Source: Candidatus Omnitrophota bacterium
Lineage (GTDB): Bacteria; Omnitrophota; Omnitrophia; Omnitrophales; Aquincolibacteriaceae
DNA length: 64,000 nt
NCBI GenBank assembly: GCA_022711115.1
Contig: JAKLFP010000008.1
Coordinates: 6,617-70,616 of the forward strand
Direction: 5' to 3'
Shown here: positions 20,522-30,925 of the stretch, piece after piece
Layout: each line of letters opens with the position of its first letter
Position numbering within the stretch: position 1 is the stretch's first letter
Notes under the pieces: model-generated
Databases searched by the model: none
What the model saw: only the letters and a program-made list of their open reading frames with translations
Told to the model about the DNA's origin: nothing
Translations under genes and position numbers: made by a program

Positions 20522-21499
20522 ATGACGAAACAATCTGTTTCTAAAAATCAAAAAACACTTTGCCTTGTGACCGGCGGCGCAGGATTTATCGGTTCCCATA
20601 TCGTGGAGGGCCTTGTTTCCAAGGGATACCCCGTCCGCGTTCTCGATAATCTCTCGACCGGCAAAGAAGAAAATCTCGAGCATGTCCGCTCCCGAATCGA
20701 TTTTATCCACGGGGATCTTCGAAACGACAAAGATATTCAAAAATCTGTCCAGGGTGTTGCCTGTATCTTCCATTTAGGAGCCATTGCCTCCGTCCCGCAG
20801 TCTGTGGCACAGCCGATGGAAACGCATGAGGTGAATGTTACCGGGACACTCAAGCTTCTTTGGGAAGGCCGAAAGGCGGGAGTGAAACGGTTCATTTTTA
20901 CTTCTTCGTCCGCGGCTTATGGGGAAACCGATAAGTTTCCGACCCGGGAAGAAGATCCTTTGCGTCCGGAATCTCCGTATGCAATTTCCAAGATCATGGG
21001 GGAATATTATTGCCGCATGTTCACAAAGCTTTTTGGTTTTGAAACAGTCATGCTTCGTTATTTTAATATTTATGGGCCGCGTCAAAATCCAAAATCCCGT
21101 TACGCCAACGTGATTCCGGTTTTCATCAAATGTTTGCGCCTCGGCGTTTCCCCAGAGATTCATTGGGACGGCAAGCAAACGCGGGATTTCTGCCATGTGG
21201 CTGATGTGGTGGCGGCCAATCTTTTCGCGATGAAAAAGCCGGGTATTTCCGGTGAGGCTTTTAACATTGGGACACATTCTGAAACAAGTATCCATGATTG
21301 TCTGAAGGGAATCCGGCAATTTCTAGGAGCCAAGAAGATCCCTGTGATCCATAAACCGAAAAGGGAAGGGGATGTCCGGCGGACTTTTGCGGATATTACC
21401 AAAGCCCGCCGGATGCTGGGTTACCGGCCGCGCATTTCGTTTATTGCGGGACTGAAAAACACGATTAACTGGTTTCTTGAACATCCCGAACGGTTGTGA
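20522..21499 (+). CDS. NAD-dependent epimerase/dehydratase (UDP-sugar 4-epimerase-like, SDR family)
   Basis: 325 aa. TGGAGFIGSH Rossmann motif. S...YxxxK catalytic motif (YAISKIMGEYY). Typical extended-SDR length. Confidence 0.75.
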   Translation: MTKQSVSKNQKTLCLVTGGAGFIGSHIVEGLVSKGYPVRVLDNLSTGKEENLEHVRSRIDFIHGDLRNDKDIQKSVQGVACIFHLGAIASVPQSVAQPMETHEVNVTGTLKLLWEGRKAGVKRFIFTSSSAAYGETDKFPTREEDPLRPESPYAISKIMGEYYCRMFTKLFGFETVMLRYFNIYGPRQNPKSRYANVIPVFIKCLRLGVSPEIHWDGKQTRDFCHVADVVAANLFAMKKPGISGEAFNIGTHSETSIHDCLKGIRQFLGAKKIPVIHKPKREGDVRRTFADITKARRMLGYRPRISFIAGLKNTINWFLEHPERL

Positions 21500-21597
21500 T
21501 TCTTTTCTCATTTCAGTGTCCGCACGGAACAATTCTTAAGAAGTCACCCCAGTTATGGTATATTACAAGTGCAAAGTCATTTTAGCGGAGGTTTTTT

Positions 21598-22185
21598 ATG
21601 AAGCATTTGATCGTTTACAGTCATCCGAATCCGGCGAGTTTTAACCACGCCATTCAAGAAACGCTAGTGCGTGTCTTGAAAGAAAAAGGACACCATGTTC
21701 GCGTACGGGACCTTTATGCGCTTCGGTTTGATCCCGTGCTTCGGGGAGACGAGTTGAAGCTGCTTCAGGAGAACCAATCCGTGTCCCGCGATACTGCGAT
21801 CGAACAAGAGCATGTACGCTGGGCCGATCAGATCACTTTCATTTATCCGGTCTGGTGGGGCCGGATGCCGGCTATGACCTGCGGCTATTTTGACCGTGTT
21901 TTCAGCAAGGGGTTTGCTTATGATTATGGCCCGGAGGGTCTTCAGAAATTATTGCCAGGAAAAAAAGTTTGTGCCATCAGCACCATGGGGGCACCGCTGT
22001 CCGCTTATGAGGATTCGGGCATGATGAAGAGTATGAAACAAACGATCGATGAAGAGAGTTTTCAATTTTGCGGTATGGTCTTGATCGAACACAAATATTT
22101 TGGTGCGGTCCCGACCGTTACGGATGAGGAAAGAAAAAAAATGCTCGGCGAAGTTGCTTCGATGGCGTCTGCTTGGCCGGTTTAA
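21598..22185 (+). CDS. flavodoxin-like fold NAD(P)H dehydrogenase (quinone)-family protein
   Basis: 195 aa. N-terminus LIVYSHPNPASFNHAI resembles NQO/MdaB-type flavodoxin-like reductases. RBS GGAGG upstream. Confidence 0.6.
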   Translation: MKHLIVYSHPNPASFNHAIQETLVRVLKEKGHHVRVRDLYALRFDPVLRGDELKLLQENQSVSRDTAIEQEHVRWADQITFIYPVWWGRMPAMTCGYFDRVFSKGFAYDYGPEGLQKLLPGKKVCAISTMGAPLSAYEDSGMMKSMKQTIDEESFQFCGMVLIEHKYFGAVPTVTDEERKKMLGEVASMASAWPV

Positions 22186-22195
22186 GGGAAAAACC

Positions 22196-23974
22196 ATGGC
22201 ACCAGCTTCTTTTGTGGGTTCTTTCAAGATCTCAGAGAAAAAAGTCGTTATCCGGCTGAAGAATCAAATTTGTGATTCTGCGGAAGAGCTTTTGCGCAGC
22301 GATCTTTGTCACGAAATCATCAAACGAGCCATCGCTTCGCTTCAGCGCCGCCATTCCATATTGCTCAGGATCTTCGGCTCTAAAGAGATCAATGAATCAA
22401 ATATCCGTATTCTGATCCAAACGTTTGAATTTCTTGAAAAAATGCCCATGGAACTTGTCGGACGCGTTGTTCAGGGCGCCGAGGAATATCTTCGGGACAA
22501 AAATTTGCTCAATGATTTTGTGGAATTTCTGTACAACTACTGGCGCAGTTTTGACCGGTTCATTATTTGTGATTCCGAAGGTGATCAGCTGGACAAACGG
22601 CCTTTTCGCACCTTCACGAACACCATCGAAGACTTAACGGCGCTTGTCCGTAAAACTTATCGTGAAATTCAGGAAAATATCACCGGGACGCATCCGCGCA
22701 TTTACCGTCAAGTTGCCGCCGGTGCCGAAATGGCAGCGATCGCGTTGCCTAAAGAAATCCCGTATCCCACGGATCTTTACAGGAAACTGAACGCGATTCC
22801 TGTGATTCGGCAGGTCCTTTTTTATCCACCTCTTGTGCTGAATCAATTAAACAACACGCGCGAAGGAAAATTCGAACGTGTTCAGGAAAATCCTCTCGCG
22901 CGTTTTGACCTGAATCGTGATGAATGGCTCTGTTACCCGGTCAAGACCGGGGACTTGCGCATCTTTGTTTATTTTAAAGAAAAATTCTTCGAAATGGGTC
23001 TTTCACTTTGCAATCTGTTTGAGATGGCCAGTGATGAGGATCTCAAACGCCAGCCGGATGCAGTTTATGTTTACGGGGCGCCGGAAAAAGCCTTGGAATA
23101 TCCGGGCGTCTTCCCGACGGTTTTTTATGATGATCAGGAGAACGGTCTCTTGATCGGTGCTGTGCCGGAGTCGGACCGTTTCGGGTATTTTGGCTATCTC
23201 AAAAAAATGATCCTGACGCTCCACAACATTAAGAGGATCAAAACGGGTCGCATGCCGTTTCACGGGGCCTTCATGAAACTTTATCTGAAAGGCAAAAAAC
23301 CTGCGACACTTCTTCTCATGGGAGATACGGGCGCCGGAAAATCCGAGACACTTGAGGCTATGCGCGGTTTTGGCGCAGAGCTCATTCAGGATGTGGTGGT
23401 GGTCGCGGATGATATGGGTTCTCTTGAGTTGAGACCCGACGGCAATATTGCCGGTTATGGGACCGAGACCGGGGCGTTTTTAAGGCTGGATGACCTGAAA
23501 CCCGGTTATGCGCTCGGCCAAATCGACCGGGCCATTATCATGAGTCCGTCCCAAACCAATGCGCGTATCGCGCTTCCGGTGACAACTTTTGATAATATTA
23601 TTCAAGGTCATACCGTGGATTTCGTGCTTTATGCGAACAATTACGAGGATATTGATGAGGATCATCCGATCATCGAAAAATTCAAACATCCCGAGGAGGC
23701 CATCAAAGTCTTCCGGGAAGGCGCTGTGATGAGCAAGGGGACCACGAAAACAACGGGACTGGTGCACACCTATTTTTCCAATGTATTTGGCGCGATTCAA
23801 TACAAAAACGAACATGATGTGTTGGCCAAAAAATTCTTCGAAGCTTTTTTTAACAAGGGGATTTTTGTCGGTCAAATGCGCACACGGTTGGGTGTTCCGG
23901 GCTGGGAACGCAAAGGACCGGAAGAATCCGCGAAGGAGCTTTTGGAAACGATCAAAAGTGATCCTCGTTTTTAA
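22196..23974 (+). CDS. protein with HPr kinase/phosphorylase-like P-loop C-terminal domain; N-terminal about 370 aa unknown
   Basis: The supplied ORF (22100..23974) overlaps the upstream gene. ATG at 22196 has an AAGGGA RBS and begins right after the upstream stop. The HGAF...GDTGAGKSETLEAM...IADD stretch parallels the HprK C-terminal Walker-A region (GDSGVGKSE). Confidence 0.6.
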   Translation: MAPASFVGSFKISEKKVVIRLKNQICDSAEELLRSDLCHEIIKRAIASLQRRHSILLRIFGSKEINESNIRILIQTFEFLEKMPMELVGRVVQGAEEYLRDKNLLNDFVEFLYNYWRSFDRFIICDSEGDQLDKRPFRTFTNTIEDLTALVRKTYREIQENITGTHPRIYRQVAAGAEMAAIALPKEIPYPTDLYRKLNAIPVIRQVLFYPPLVLNQLNNTREGKFERVQENPLARFDLNRDEWLCYPVKTGDLRIFVYFKEKFFEMGLSLCNLFEMASDEDLKRQPDAVYVYGAPEKALEYPGVFPTVFYDDQENGLLIGAVPESDRFGYFGYLKKMILTLHNIKRIKTGRMPFHGAFMKLYLKGKKPATLLLMGDTGAGKSETLEAMRGFGAELIQDVVVVADDMGSLELRPDGNIAGYGTETGAFLRLDDLKPGYALGQIDRAIIMSPSQTNARIALPVTTFDNIIQGHTVDFVLYANNYEDIDEDHPIIEKFKHPEEAIKVFREGAVMSKGTTKTTGLVHTYFSNVFGAIQYKNEHDVLAKKFFEAFFNKGIFVGQMRTRLGVPGWERKGPEESAKELLETIKSDPRF

Positions 23975-23996
23975 TAGGTTTTTCCGTATTCTCTCC

Positions 23997-24025
23997 TTCA
24001 TACCTCACTTTCTATTGTGCTATAA
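23997..24025 (+). promoter_or_regulatory. putative sigma70-type promoter TTCATA-17-TGnTATAAT upstream of the GH57 gene
   Basis: -35-like TTCATA at 23997-24002, 17-nt spacer, TATAAT at 24020-24025 with TG at 24017-24018. Lies about 60 nt upstream of the ATG at 24086. Confidence 0.4.
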
Positions 24026-24085
24026 TAAAAAATATTGGAATCCTCTTTAATTTAGAAAGCTATAAGGACGAGGACGGTTTTCGCT

Positions 24086-26584
24086 ATGGCAAAAGAAGTT
24101 TGCATTTGTCTCCACGGCCATTTTTATCAGCCGCCGCGGGAGAACCCTTGGATCGAAGAGATCGAGCAGCAGGACAGCGCTGCACCGTTTCATGACTGGA
24201 ACGAACGCATCCATTACGAATGTTATCACCCGAATTCCAGCGCCCGTGCGTTGGACGGCAAGGGCAAGATTGTGGATGTGGTTAATAATTTCGAACGATC
24301 TAGCTTTAATTTCGGTCCCACGCTTCTTTCCTGGCTTCAGCTGAAACATCCCAATACCTACCAAAGCATCCTTCTTGCCGACCGCCTGAGTTGCGAAGCC
24401 CATCGCGGACACGGGAATGCCATCGCCCAGGTTTATAACCACATGATCATGCCATTAGCGAATCTCAGGGATAAAAGAACCCAGGTCCGTTGGGGGATCG
24501 AGGATTTTCGGCATCGATTCGGGAGATATCCGGAAAGTATCTGGTTGCCAGAGACCGCATGCAACGAAGAAACGCTGGAGGTTTTGGTGGCAGAAAAGGT
24601 CAAGTTTATCATTCTTTCTCCGCATCAGGCCCGGGCTGTGCGGCCGTTGGAGGGGGGCGAGTGGCGGGACGTGATGGGGGGGCGTATCGATCCCAAAGAA
24701 CCTTACCGCTATTTTTTAAAAAATAATCCGTCGCTTTATATCGACATTTTCTTTTATGACGGCCCCATTTCCAAGGCGGTGGGTTTTGATAATCTTCTTT
24801 TTGACGCGAAGAATTTTATGCAGCGGCTCCAAGGCGCCGTTGTGGATTGGGACCGGCCGCAGCTGATCCATATCGCGACGGACGGCGAAACTTACGGGCA
24901 TCATAAGGCCTATGGAGACCGCGTGTTGGCCTACTTGACTTATATCGAGATTCCGCGGCACGGTTACCGGATCGTCAATTATGCGGAGTTTTTAGAAGAA
25001 AATTCGCCGCGACAAGAAGTAAGGCTTATCGAGGGAGAAAATAACGAGGGAACTTCGTGGAGTTGCGCGCACGGAGTAAGCCGTTGGAAAGATCACTGCG
25101 GATGCCGGGGAGACGGGCCGGCGAACTGGACTCAACATTGGCGCAAACCGCTTCGTTGGGCGCTTGATTGGTTGCGGGATGAATTGGCTCAGATCTATGA
25201 GCAGGAAGGCGCTAAATATCTTCGGGATGTTTGGAGTGCGCGTGATCATTACATCCATGTTGTTTTGGACCGCAATGAACAGATACTCAAGGAATTTTTT
25301 AGCCGTCAGGCAGTTCGTGAACTTGGCAAACAAGAGATCACGACCTGTCTAAAATTGCTTGAGATGCAGCGCAATCTTATGTTGATGTACACAAGCTGCG
25401 GTTGGTTTTTCTCGGAGCTTTCAGGTATCGAAACGGTCCAGATTCTTCAGTACGCGGCACGGGCAGTTCAGTTGGCCCAGGAAGTGAGCGGGTTGAATTA
25501 TGAGAGAAATTTCCTGGAGCATCTTGCTTTGGCCAAGAGTAATATAGATCTTTTTAAAGACGGGCAGGGAGTTTATGAAAAACTGGTGAGACCTGCCATG
25601 GCATCCCTTCATCATATCGTCAGTTATTATGCCATCGGTTCTATTTTCGAAAATTTTTATGGCCAGGATCCCAAAGCCGACCGTTTAAAAATTTTCAATT
25701 CCGATCTTCAGATTATACATCAAAGGAAGGAATTTTTCGGCACCGTCACGATGAATTTCGGCCGTGTGAAAGTGGTTTCTCTGACCACGCTGGAGGAACA
25801 AGATCTGATTTTTGTTGTGATTCAAATCGGTTTTTATGATTTTCGTTGTTCCGTGAAGGCCTATACGAATGACGAAGATTTTGAAAAGCTTGAGCGGGAT
25901 CTTTTTGAAGCCCTTTACCAGCTTCCGATCCTGGATCTTTCAAAACGGATCGACGCACATTTTGGAGAGGCCTATTATGCGTTAAAAGATTTACGTCTTG
26001 GCGATCGCGCCAAGATTATCAGCATCCTCACGCATGAGACCATCGCAAAAGTCAGTAATTTTTATGAGAACATCTACGAAGAAAACTTGAGAATGAATGA
26101 AATCTACCGGTCCATCAACGTTCCGATCCCGGTGGAATTTCGCTATGCCGCAGAGCATACGCTCAGTAAGCGGCTGATGGAAACGGTTCGGGATTGGGGG
26201 AACCGCGGATTTCCCAGCAAGCGGACACTGCCGATTTACCGAGTCATGGATTCTGCCAAGGCGCTGGATGTGCAGATTCACAAAGAGGCCATTTCGCATT
26301 ATTTAAGCGAAGAACTCATGAAAGGCGTGAGGGAATTCATTACAAGCCTTGATCCGGAGATGATTCAAAAGCTTCTGTCCATTGTCCGGCTTTCGAAAAA
26401 AATCGATGTTTTCCTCGATAGAAGGGAAGCCCAGGATGATCTTTTTGCACTTTTCAAAACGTGGAAAGGCAATCCCCAAGCCATCCCTCAAGTGATCCGT
26501 CAGGAAGAAAATCATTTTCTTCAGCTAATGGATGAACTTGATCTTTCCGCGGATCGGCTCAAAAAAATCCTCGGGGGTTACTAG
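24086..26584 (+). CDS. glycoside hydrolase family 57 protein (alpha-glucan acting, long form about 830 aa)
   Basis: N-terminal HGHFYQPPREN (the H-x-H-Q-P type motif of GH57). IWLPETAC contains the GH57 WLPE nucleophile motif. TDGETYGHH follows downstream. 832 aa. Confidence 0.7.
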   Translation: MAKEVCICLHGHFYQPPRENPWIEEIEQQDSAAPFHDWNERIHYECYHPNSSARALDGKGKIVDVVNNFERSSFNFGPTLLSWLQLKHPNTYQSILLADRLSCEAHRGHGNAIAQVYNHMIMPLANLRDKRTQVRWGIEDFRHRFGRYPESIWLPETACNEETLEVLVAEKVKFIILSPHQARAVRPLEGGEWRDVMGGRIDPKEPYRYFLKNNPSLYIDIFFYDGPISKAVGFDNLLFDAKNFMQRLQGAVVDWDRPQLIHIATDGETYGHHKAYGDRVLAYLTYIEIPRHGYRIVNYAEFLEENSPRQEVRLIEGENNEGTSWSCAHGVSRWKDHCGCRGDGPANWTQHWRKPLRWALDWLRDELAQIYEQEGAKYLRDVWSARDHYIHVVLDRNEQILKEFFSRQAVRELGKQEITTCLKLLEMQRNLMLMYTSCGWFFSELSGIETVQILQYAARAVQLAQEVSGLNYERNFLEHLALAKSNIDLFKDGQGVYEKLVRPAMASLHHIVSYYAIGSIFENFYGQDPKADRLKIFNSDLQIIHQRKEFFGTVTMNFGRVKVVSLTTLEEQDLIFVVIQIGFYDFRCSVKAYTNDEDFEKLERDLFEALYQLPILDLSKRIDAHFGEAYYALKDLRLGDRAKIISILTHETIAKVSNFYENIYEENLRMNEIYRSINVPIPVEFRYAAEHTLSKRLMETVRDWGNRGFPSKRTLPIYRVMDSAKALDVQIHKEAISHYLSEELMKGVREFITSLDPEMIQKLLSIVRLSKKIDVFLDRREAQDDLFALFKTWKGNPQAIPQVIRQEENHFLQLMDELDLSADRLKKILGGY

Positions 26585-26807
26585 GTTTCAAAATAACAGA
26601 CTAGATTTTCGTGTCTTATTGAAATGAACCAGTTAGTCAGATGCTTTATGAGTATTTCAGGAAAGTTCAACGACGTGTTGAGAGAAAATCCTTGCCTCTG
26701 TGGCTATCCCCGCATAAGATAACCTCCTCGCATTAATAACTAAGTCCTATAATCTTCCCTCGCAAGGGATTCGTTTTTAGAAACAATACCAGAAAGGAAA
26801 CAAGTTC

Positions 26808-28910
26808 ATGAGTAATATAAATACCGAAAAAACGGCGTTGATGAGTACGCTTCCTGGCGACGATGTGCGTCAGATTATGTGGCGTTTCGCGGACCGTTAC
26901 GAACACCAAATGGTTGTCCAGGCGACGCGATCCGTAGCGCGAGGAATGGTTGCGCGTCTTGTGGCGGACAAACAGCGTCATACGCATGACTGGACTCCTC
27001 AGAAGCAGGAAATGCTCAAGGCTTTTGACGAAGCCGGTGTGACCGCGGCTTTTATGGAACCGGATCAGGGCGGTTATATCACTGGACCCAAGAACCTTGT
27101 GCTCGCACTTGTTGCGTTTGAACTCGCATGGGTGGATGCCGGTGCCGCGACTGCAAGTTTAGCGAATAATCTCGCTCTGGAGCCGATCCACGAAAAAGGG
27201 ACGCCCGAGCAGATCCATCATTATATGAGCGGTTGCGTGCCGCCGAAACCGGGTGAGAAGCGGGAGATCCTCCGCGGTTCTTTTGCTTTGACCGAACCGC
27301 TTCCTTATGTCGGCGTGGATGCCGGCATGCTTTCCGGAAAGATTCGCATCGCGGAATGGAAAGAAGGGAAGGAACCGATCATCCAGGTTGAAAAGCGCGG
27401 CCGTTTCATCACAAACATGGGTTATGCAACGTTCGTGACGGCAGCGGTGGACACCGATGACCCGCGCATCAAATCCAGTTGCATGGTTATTCTGGAAAAA
27501 GGTGATCAGGGCATTTACGACCCAGGCGCGCCGACCTTGAAGCTGGTGCACCAACTTTCCTGCACGCATGATCCCATCTTTAACTTGAAGATCCCTGCCA
27601 GCCGTATTATCGGCGGGTATACGATCAAAGACGGCGTGATTATCCCGAATTACAATCACAATGAAGTCATCGAGGCCGTGTTCCGTCGGACGCGTGTGAC
27701 CGTGGCTATGATGACGACTGCCAAACTGCTTTCCGCGATTGAACCGGTGATCCGCTATCAACGTACCCGTTATCGCGGTGGCGAAGCGGCGAAACCGGGA
27801 ACACCTCGTTATGATCTGGGGATCCAGCAAAAAGAAGACGCGCAGCACCGTCTTCTCGATGTCTGGGCCACCGGAGAGGCCAGCGCTTCACTCGGTTTTG
27901 AAGCGGCACGTCTCTTTGATGAATTCGATCCGCTTGAAAAGCAAAAGGATGCGATGTTCTTGAAAGATGGCATCAAAGGACCGCGTGCGCAGATGAAAGT
28001 GTTCGCAGAACCCCGCAAGAGAGCTCTTGAATATATCGAGATCATGGGGAAACCCGAAGCGCAGCGCGATGCGAAGCGTGTTCAGGACCTTGAGAATGAT
28101 TTTCTCACCATGTATGTGGTGAAGGAATCACTGGCCGATGTGTTTTGCCCGGCTTGTAAACTTTGGAACACGGGTTATGGCGCGACGATGATGCGCGAAG
28201 CCGTTAGTCTCATGGGCGGTTACGGAATTACGGAAGACTGTCCTGGATTTTTGACTCAAAAATGGTCGGACGCTCAGCTTGAAGCGACTTACGAAGGTCC
28301 GGAATGCGTGCAACGCCGTCAAATGAGTTTGACCATGGTCAGTGATGTTTTCCTTGCCCAGTTCAAAAACTGGATCAAGGATCTTCGCGCTTTAGATGCG
28401 AAGAAGCCTGGCATGGGCGCCGGGACACTTGCGAGCGCGATGGAACTCTGGCTTTGGTCTATCGAATATCTTCAGAACGCGAAAGACGCAAACGGGAAAA
28501 CGCTTTATGCGGGTCAGCGTCAAGGCGTGACATTTCCGATGGCGGATGCGCTTGCGTGGCTGCTGGGGTCGCGTCAATTGATCCTCGATACACTGGAACT
28601 CGAAAGAAAAGGTCCTGAAAATTCCGTGCTTGCCGAAGGTCTGACGGGATTTGTGAATTTTTACAGCGATCTTAGCTACCTTCAAGCCGCAAGGGCGGCC
28701 GGCGAAGTAGGGAAGGTCTGCGCAGAATTGGTGTATGGCTATCAAGCAAAAGGGGCTACTTGCGCGTTGCCTAATGCGGCGATCAAGACTTTCGCAGAAC
28801 TTCGTTCGAAACTGGATGGTTCACTTGCCGGCGCGCGTCTTGCTAAAGATCGCGCGGCGGAAGCAGTCACTCAAGTGATGATCCCGGAAGCGTTGGATTA
28901 TCCGCTCTAA
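26808..28910 (+). CDS. acyl-CoA dehydrogenase family protein (700 aa, long form)
   Basis: GSFALTEP...G.D motif typical of the ACAD middle domain. Overall ACAD-like helical N-terminus. Adjacent to ETF/ETF-QO genes. Confidence 0.65.
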   Translation: MSNINTEKTALMSTLPGDDVRQIMWRFADRYEHQMVVQATRSVARGMVARLVADKQRHTHDWTPQKQEMLKAFDEAGVTAAFMEPDQGGYITGPKNLVLALVAFELAWVDAGAATASLANNLALEPIHEKGTPEQIHHYMSGCVPPKPGEKREILRGSFALTEPLPYVGVDAGMLSGKIRIAEWKEGKEPIIQVEKRGRFITNMGYATFVTAAVDTDDPRIKSSCMVILEKGDQGIYDPGAPTLKLVHQLSCTHDPIFNLKIPASRIIGGYTIKDGVIIPNYNHNEVIEAVFRRTRVTVAMMTTAKLLSAIEPVIRYQRTRYRGGEAAKPGTPRYDLGIQQKEDAQHRLLDVWATGEASASLGFEAARLFDEFDPLEKQKDAMFLKDGIKGPRAQMKVFAEPRKRALEYIEIMGKPEAQRDAKRVQDLENDFLTMYVVKESLADVFCPACKLWNTGYGATMMREAVSLMGGYGITEDCPGFLTQKWSDAQLEATYEGPECVQRRQMSLTMVSDVFLAQFKNWIKDLRALDAKKPGMGAGTLASAMELWLWSIEYLQNAKDANGKTLYAGQRQGVTFPMADALAWLLGSRQLILDTLELERKGPENSVLAEGLTGFVNFYSDLSYLQAARAAGEVGKVCAELVYGYQAKGATCALPNAAIKTFAELRSKLDGSLAGARLAKDRAAEAVTQVMIPEALDYPL

Positions 28911-28984
28911 AAACAGAAAACAACAGGTGGAAGGCGATCGTTTTTGAAGCCATCCATCTTTTTCCATTCTGAGGGAACAATAAA

Positions 28985-30838
28985 ATGACCACTGAACGTC
29001 AAAAGATGGATGTTGATATTGTCTGCGTTGGTTTCGGGCCTGCTTCGGCGGGATTTTTAACCACACTCACTCGTGCCATCCAACAGGATCCTACCGCGCC
29101 ACATTTTCAGAGTAAAGTCATGCCCGGCATGCCACTTCAGGTCATTTGTTATGAACGCGCGGATGACATCGGTTTTGGTGTTTCGGGGATCGTAACAGAA
29201 GCAAAAGGCATTAAGGCTTCTTTCACGGCAGAAGAACTTTCCCAGATTCCGATGGCGCATCCTGTTAAACACGAGGAAGTCTATTATCTTCTCGATCCGG
29301 TGGGCGCGAGTCGTAGATCCTGGCTCTTGAAAATGGCCGATTTCTTTCTGAGAATCTTTAAATGCATTCTTCCTTGGTTTAAAAACGAAGCCTTTCAATT
29401 GCCGTTTATTCCTCCGTTTATGGCCAAACATGGCGGCTATGTTTTTTCCATGGGGCAGTTCACGCAGTGGCTTGGTTCCAATCTGATGGGTTCGGGTCTT
29501 GTTCAAATTTGGCCGAGTATGCCGGTACGAGAACCGCTTTTTGACAGTAACCGTGTTGTGGGAGTCCGGCTGGTGGATCAGGGCGTTGAGAAATCCGGAA
29601 AACCAACGGGTGCTTTTATGCCGGGAATGGATATTCATGCGGCATTGACCGTGGTGGGCGACGGACCTTACGGGCCAGTGGGACAGAATCTCGATCAGAA
29701 GTTTGGGTTGCCGGAAGGGAATCACCAGCGAGAATGGGCGCTTGGTATGAAGGCCGTTGTGGAACTTCCTGAAACGACAGCGCTCAAACCCGGGACCGTG
29801 ATTCACACTTTCGGTTATCCGGAACCCGAAATCTTTGGTTTTCTTTATGTTTATCCTAATCGCATGGCTTCTCTCGGAATTTTTATTCCGAGTTGGCTTA
29901 AGAACCCCATGCGGACAGGTTACCGCTATCTTCAGCACTGGATGCAGCACCCGACTTTGTGGAAACATCTCCAGGGTGCGACTCTGAAATCCTGGGGCGG
30001 GAAAAGTCTGCAGGAAGCCGGAAAACGCGGTGAACCTTTTATCGTGGGCGATGGTTTCGCGAGGATCGGCGAAGGTTCGGGGAGTACGAATATGCTCAAG
30101 GGATCCGGAGTGGACGAGGCGTGGACGACGGGGGTTCAGCTTGCCGAAGGTGTGATCGAAATTCTAAAAACAGGGAAAACTTTTACGAAAGAAAATCTGG
30201 AAGAAACCTATCTGAAACGGCGTCGCGCAAGTTGGGTCGAACAAGAAGGAAACATCGCTAAGAAGGCCCGCGACGGCTTCCAGCATTCTTTTGAACTTGG
30301 ATTTATGGGCATGGGCATCAGTGGCTTTACGAACGGCACCATTCATATTCCGGCCAAACTCAAGCCTGTTTATGAACATGTGCCGTCACTTGAAAAGTAT
30401 TATCAAGGTCGTGTTGCGGTGGATAGGATTGAAAAAGCTTGCAAAGAAGCCAATGCGACGAATACTTCCATGCATGATGCGTTGATGGATGCCGCAGGTT
30501 GGCCTGCGATTCAGTATGACGGAAAACTTCTTATCTCGCACCAAGATGCTCTTTTATTAGGTGGGAAGGTCCAGGCTGCAGAAGGCTATGCGGATCATGT
30601 TCTCTTTCTGGATGGCCGAAAATGCGAAAAATGTTCAACCAAGATTTGTATTGAGATGTGCTCCGGACAGGCTATCACAGCCAACTCTGACGGGACTGTT
30701 CCTCTTTTTGACCGTGAAAAGTGTATCCACTGTGCGGCGTGTCTTTGGAATTGTGCCTACGCACGGGAACAGGGAAGCGAACTCACAAATGTCGATTTCC
30801 GTGCCGGTTCTGGCGGGCTGCACTCCAACATTAATTGA
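28985..30838 (+). CDS. FixC-like FAD-dependent oxidoreductase (ETF-quinone oxidoreductase family) fused to a FixX-like ferredoxin
   Basis: 617 aa. N-terminal DVDIVCVGFGPASAGF dinucleotide-binding motif. C-terminal CEKCSTKIC...C and CIHCAACLWNC cysteine clusters. Lies immediately upstream of etfB/etfA. Confidence 0.7.
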   Translation: MTTERQKMDVDIVCVGFGPASAGFLTTLTRAIQQDPTAPHFQSKVMPGMPLQVICYERADDIGFGVSGIVTEAKGIKASFTAEELSQIPMAHPVKHEEVYYLLDPVGASRRSWLLKMADFFLRIFKCILPWFKNEAFQLPFIPPFMAKHGGYVFSMGQFTQWLGSNLMGSGLVQIWPSMPVREPLFDSNRVVGVRLVDQGVEKSGKPTGAFMPGMDIHAALTVVGDGPYGPVGQNLDQKFGLPEGNHQREWALGMKAVVELPETTALKPGTVIHTFGYPEPEIFGFLYVYPNRMASLGIFIPSWLKNPMRTGYRYLQHWMQHPTLWKHLQGATLKSWGGKSLQEAGKRGEPFIVGDGFARIGEGSGSTNMLKGSGVDEAWTTGVQLAEGVIEILKTGKTFTKENLEETYLKRRRASWVEQEGNIAKKARDGFQHSFELGFMGMGISGFTNGTIHIPAKLKPVYEHVPSLEKYYQGRVAVDRIEKACKEANATNTSMHDALMDAAGWPAIQYDGKLLISHQDALLLGGKVQAAEGYADHVLFLDGRKCEKCSTKICIEMCSGQAITANSDGTVPLFDREKCIHCAACLWNCAYAREQGSELTNVDFRAGSGGLHSNIN

Positions 30839-30925
30839 TTCAAAAAGGAACTAGCCGAAAGGCGTTTCCCCCGATATAATTACGCAAATCCCCTAAGGTA
30901 ATCATCTCTCAATTGGAGGTTGTTC

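Noticed and set aside
22100-22195. 5' extension of the HprK-like ORF overlapping the upstream quinone reductase gene
   Set aside because: It overlaps 86 nt of the preceding gene in another frame. The ATG at 22196 has an RBS and follows the upstream stop.
26625-26720. 31-codon ORF (MNQLVRCFMSISGKF...) in the GH57-ACAD intergenic region
   Set aside because: It has no RBS and no signal peptide or other distinguishing composition. It is likely chance in a 220-bp spacer.
26767-26790. TCCCT-cgca-AGGGA hairpin followed by TTCGTTTTT upstream of the ACAD gene as terminator or attenuator
   Set aside because: The stem is only 5 bp. It lies 180 nt after the GH57 stop and 20 nt before the next gene's RBS. 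The evidence is insufficient.
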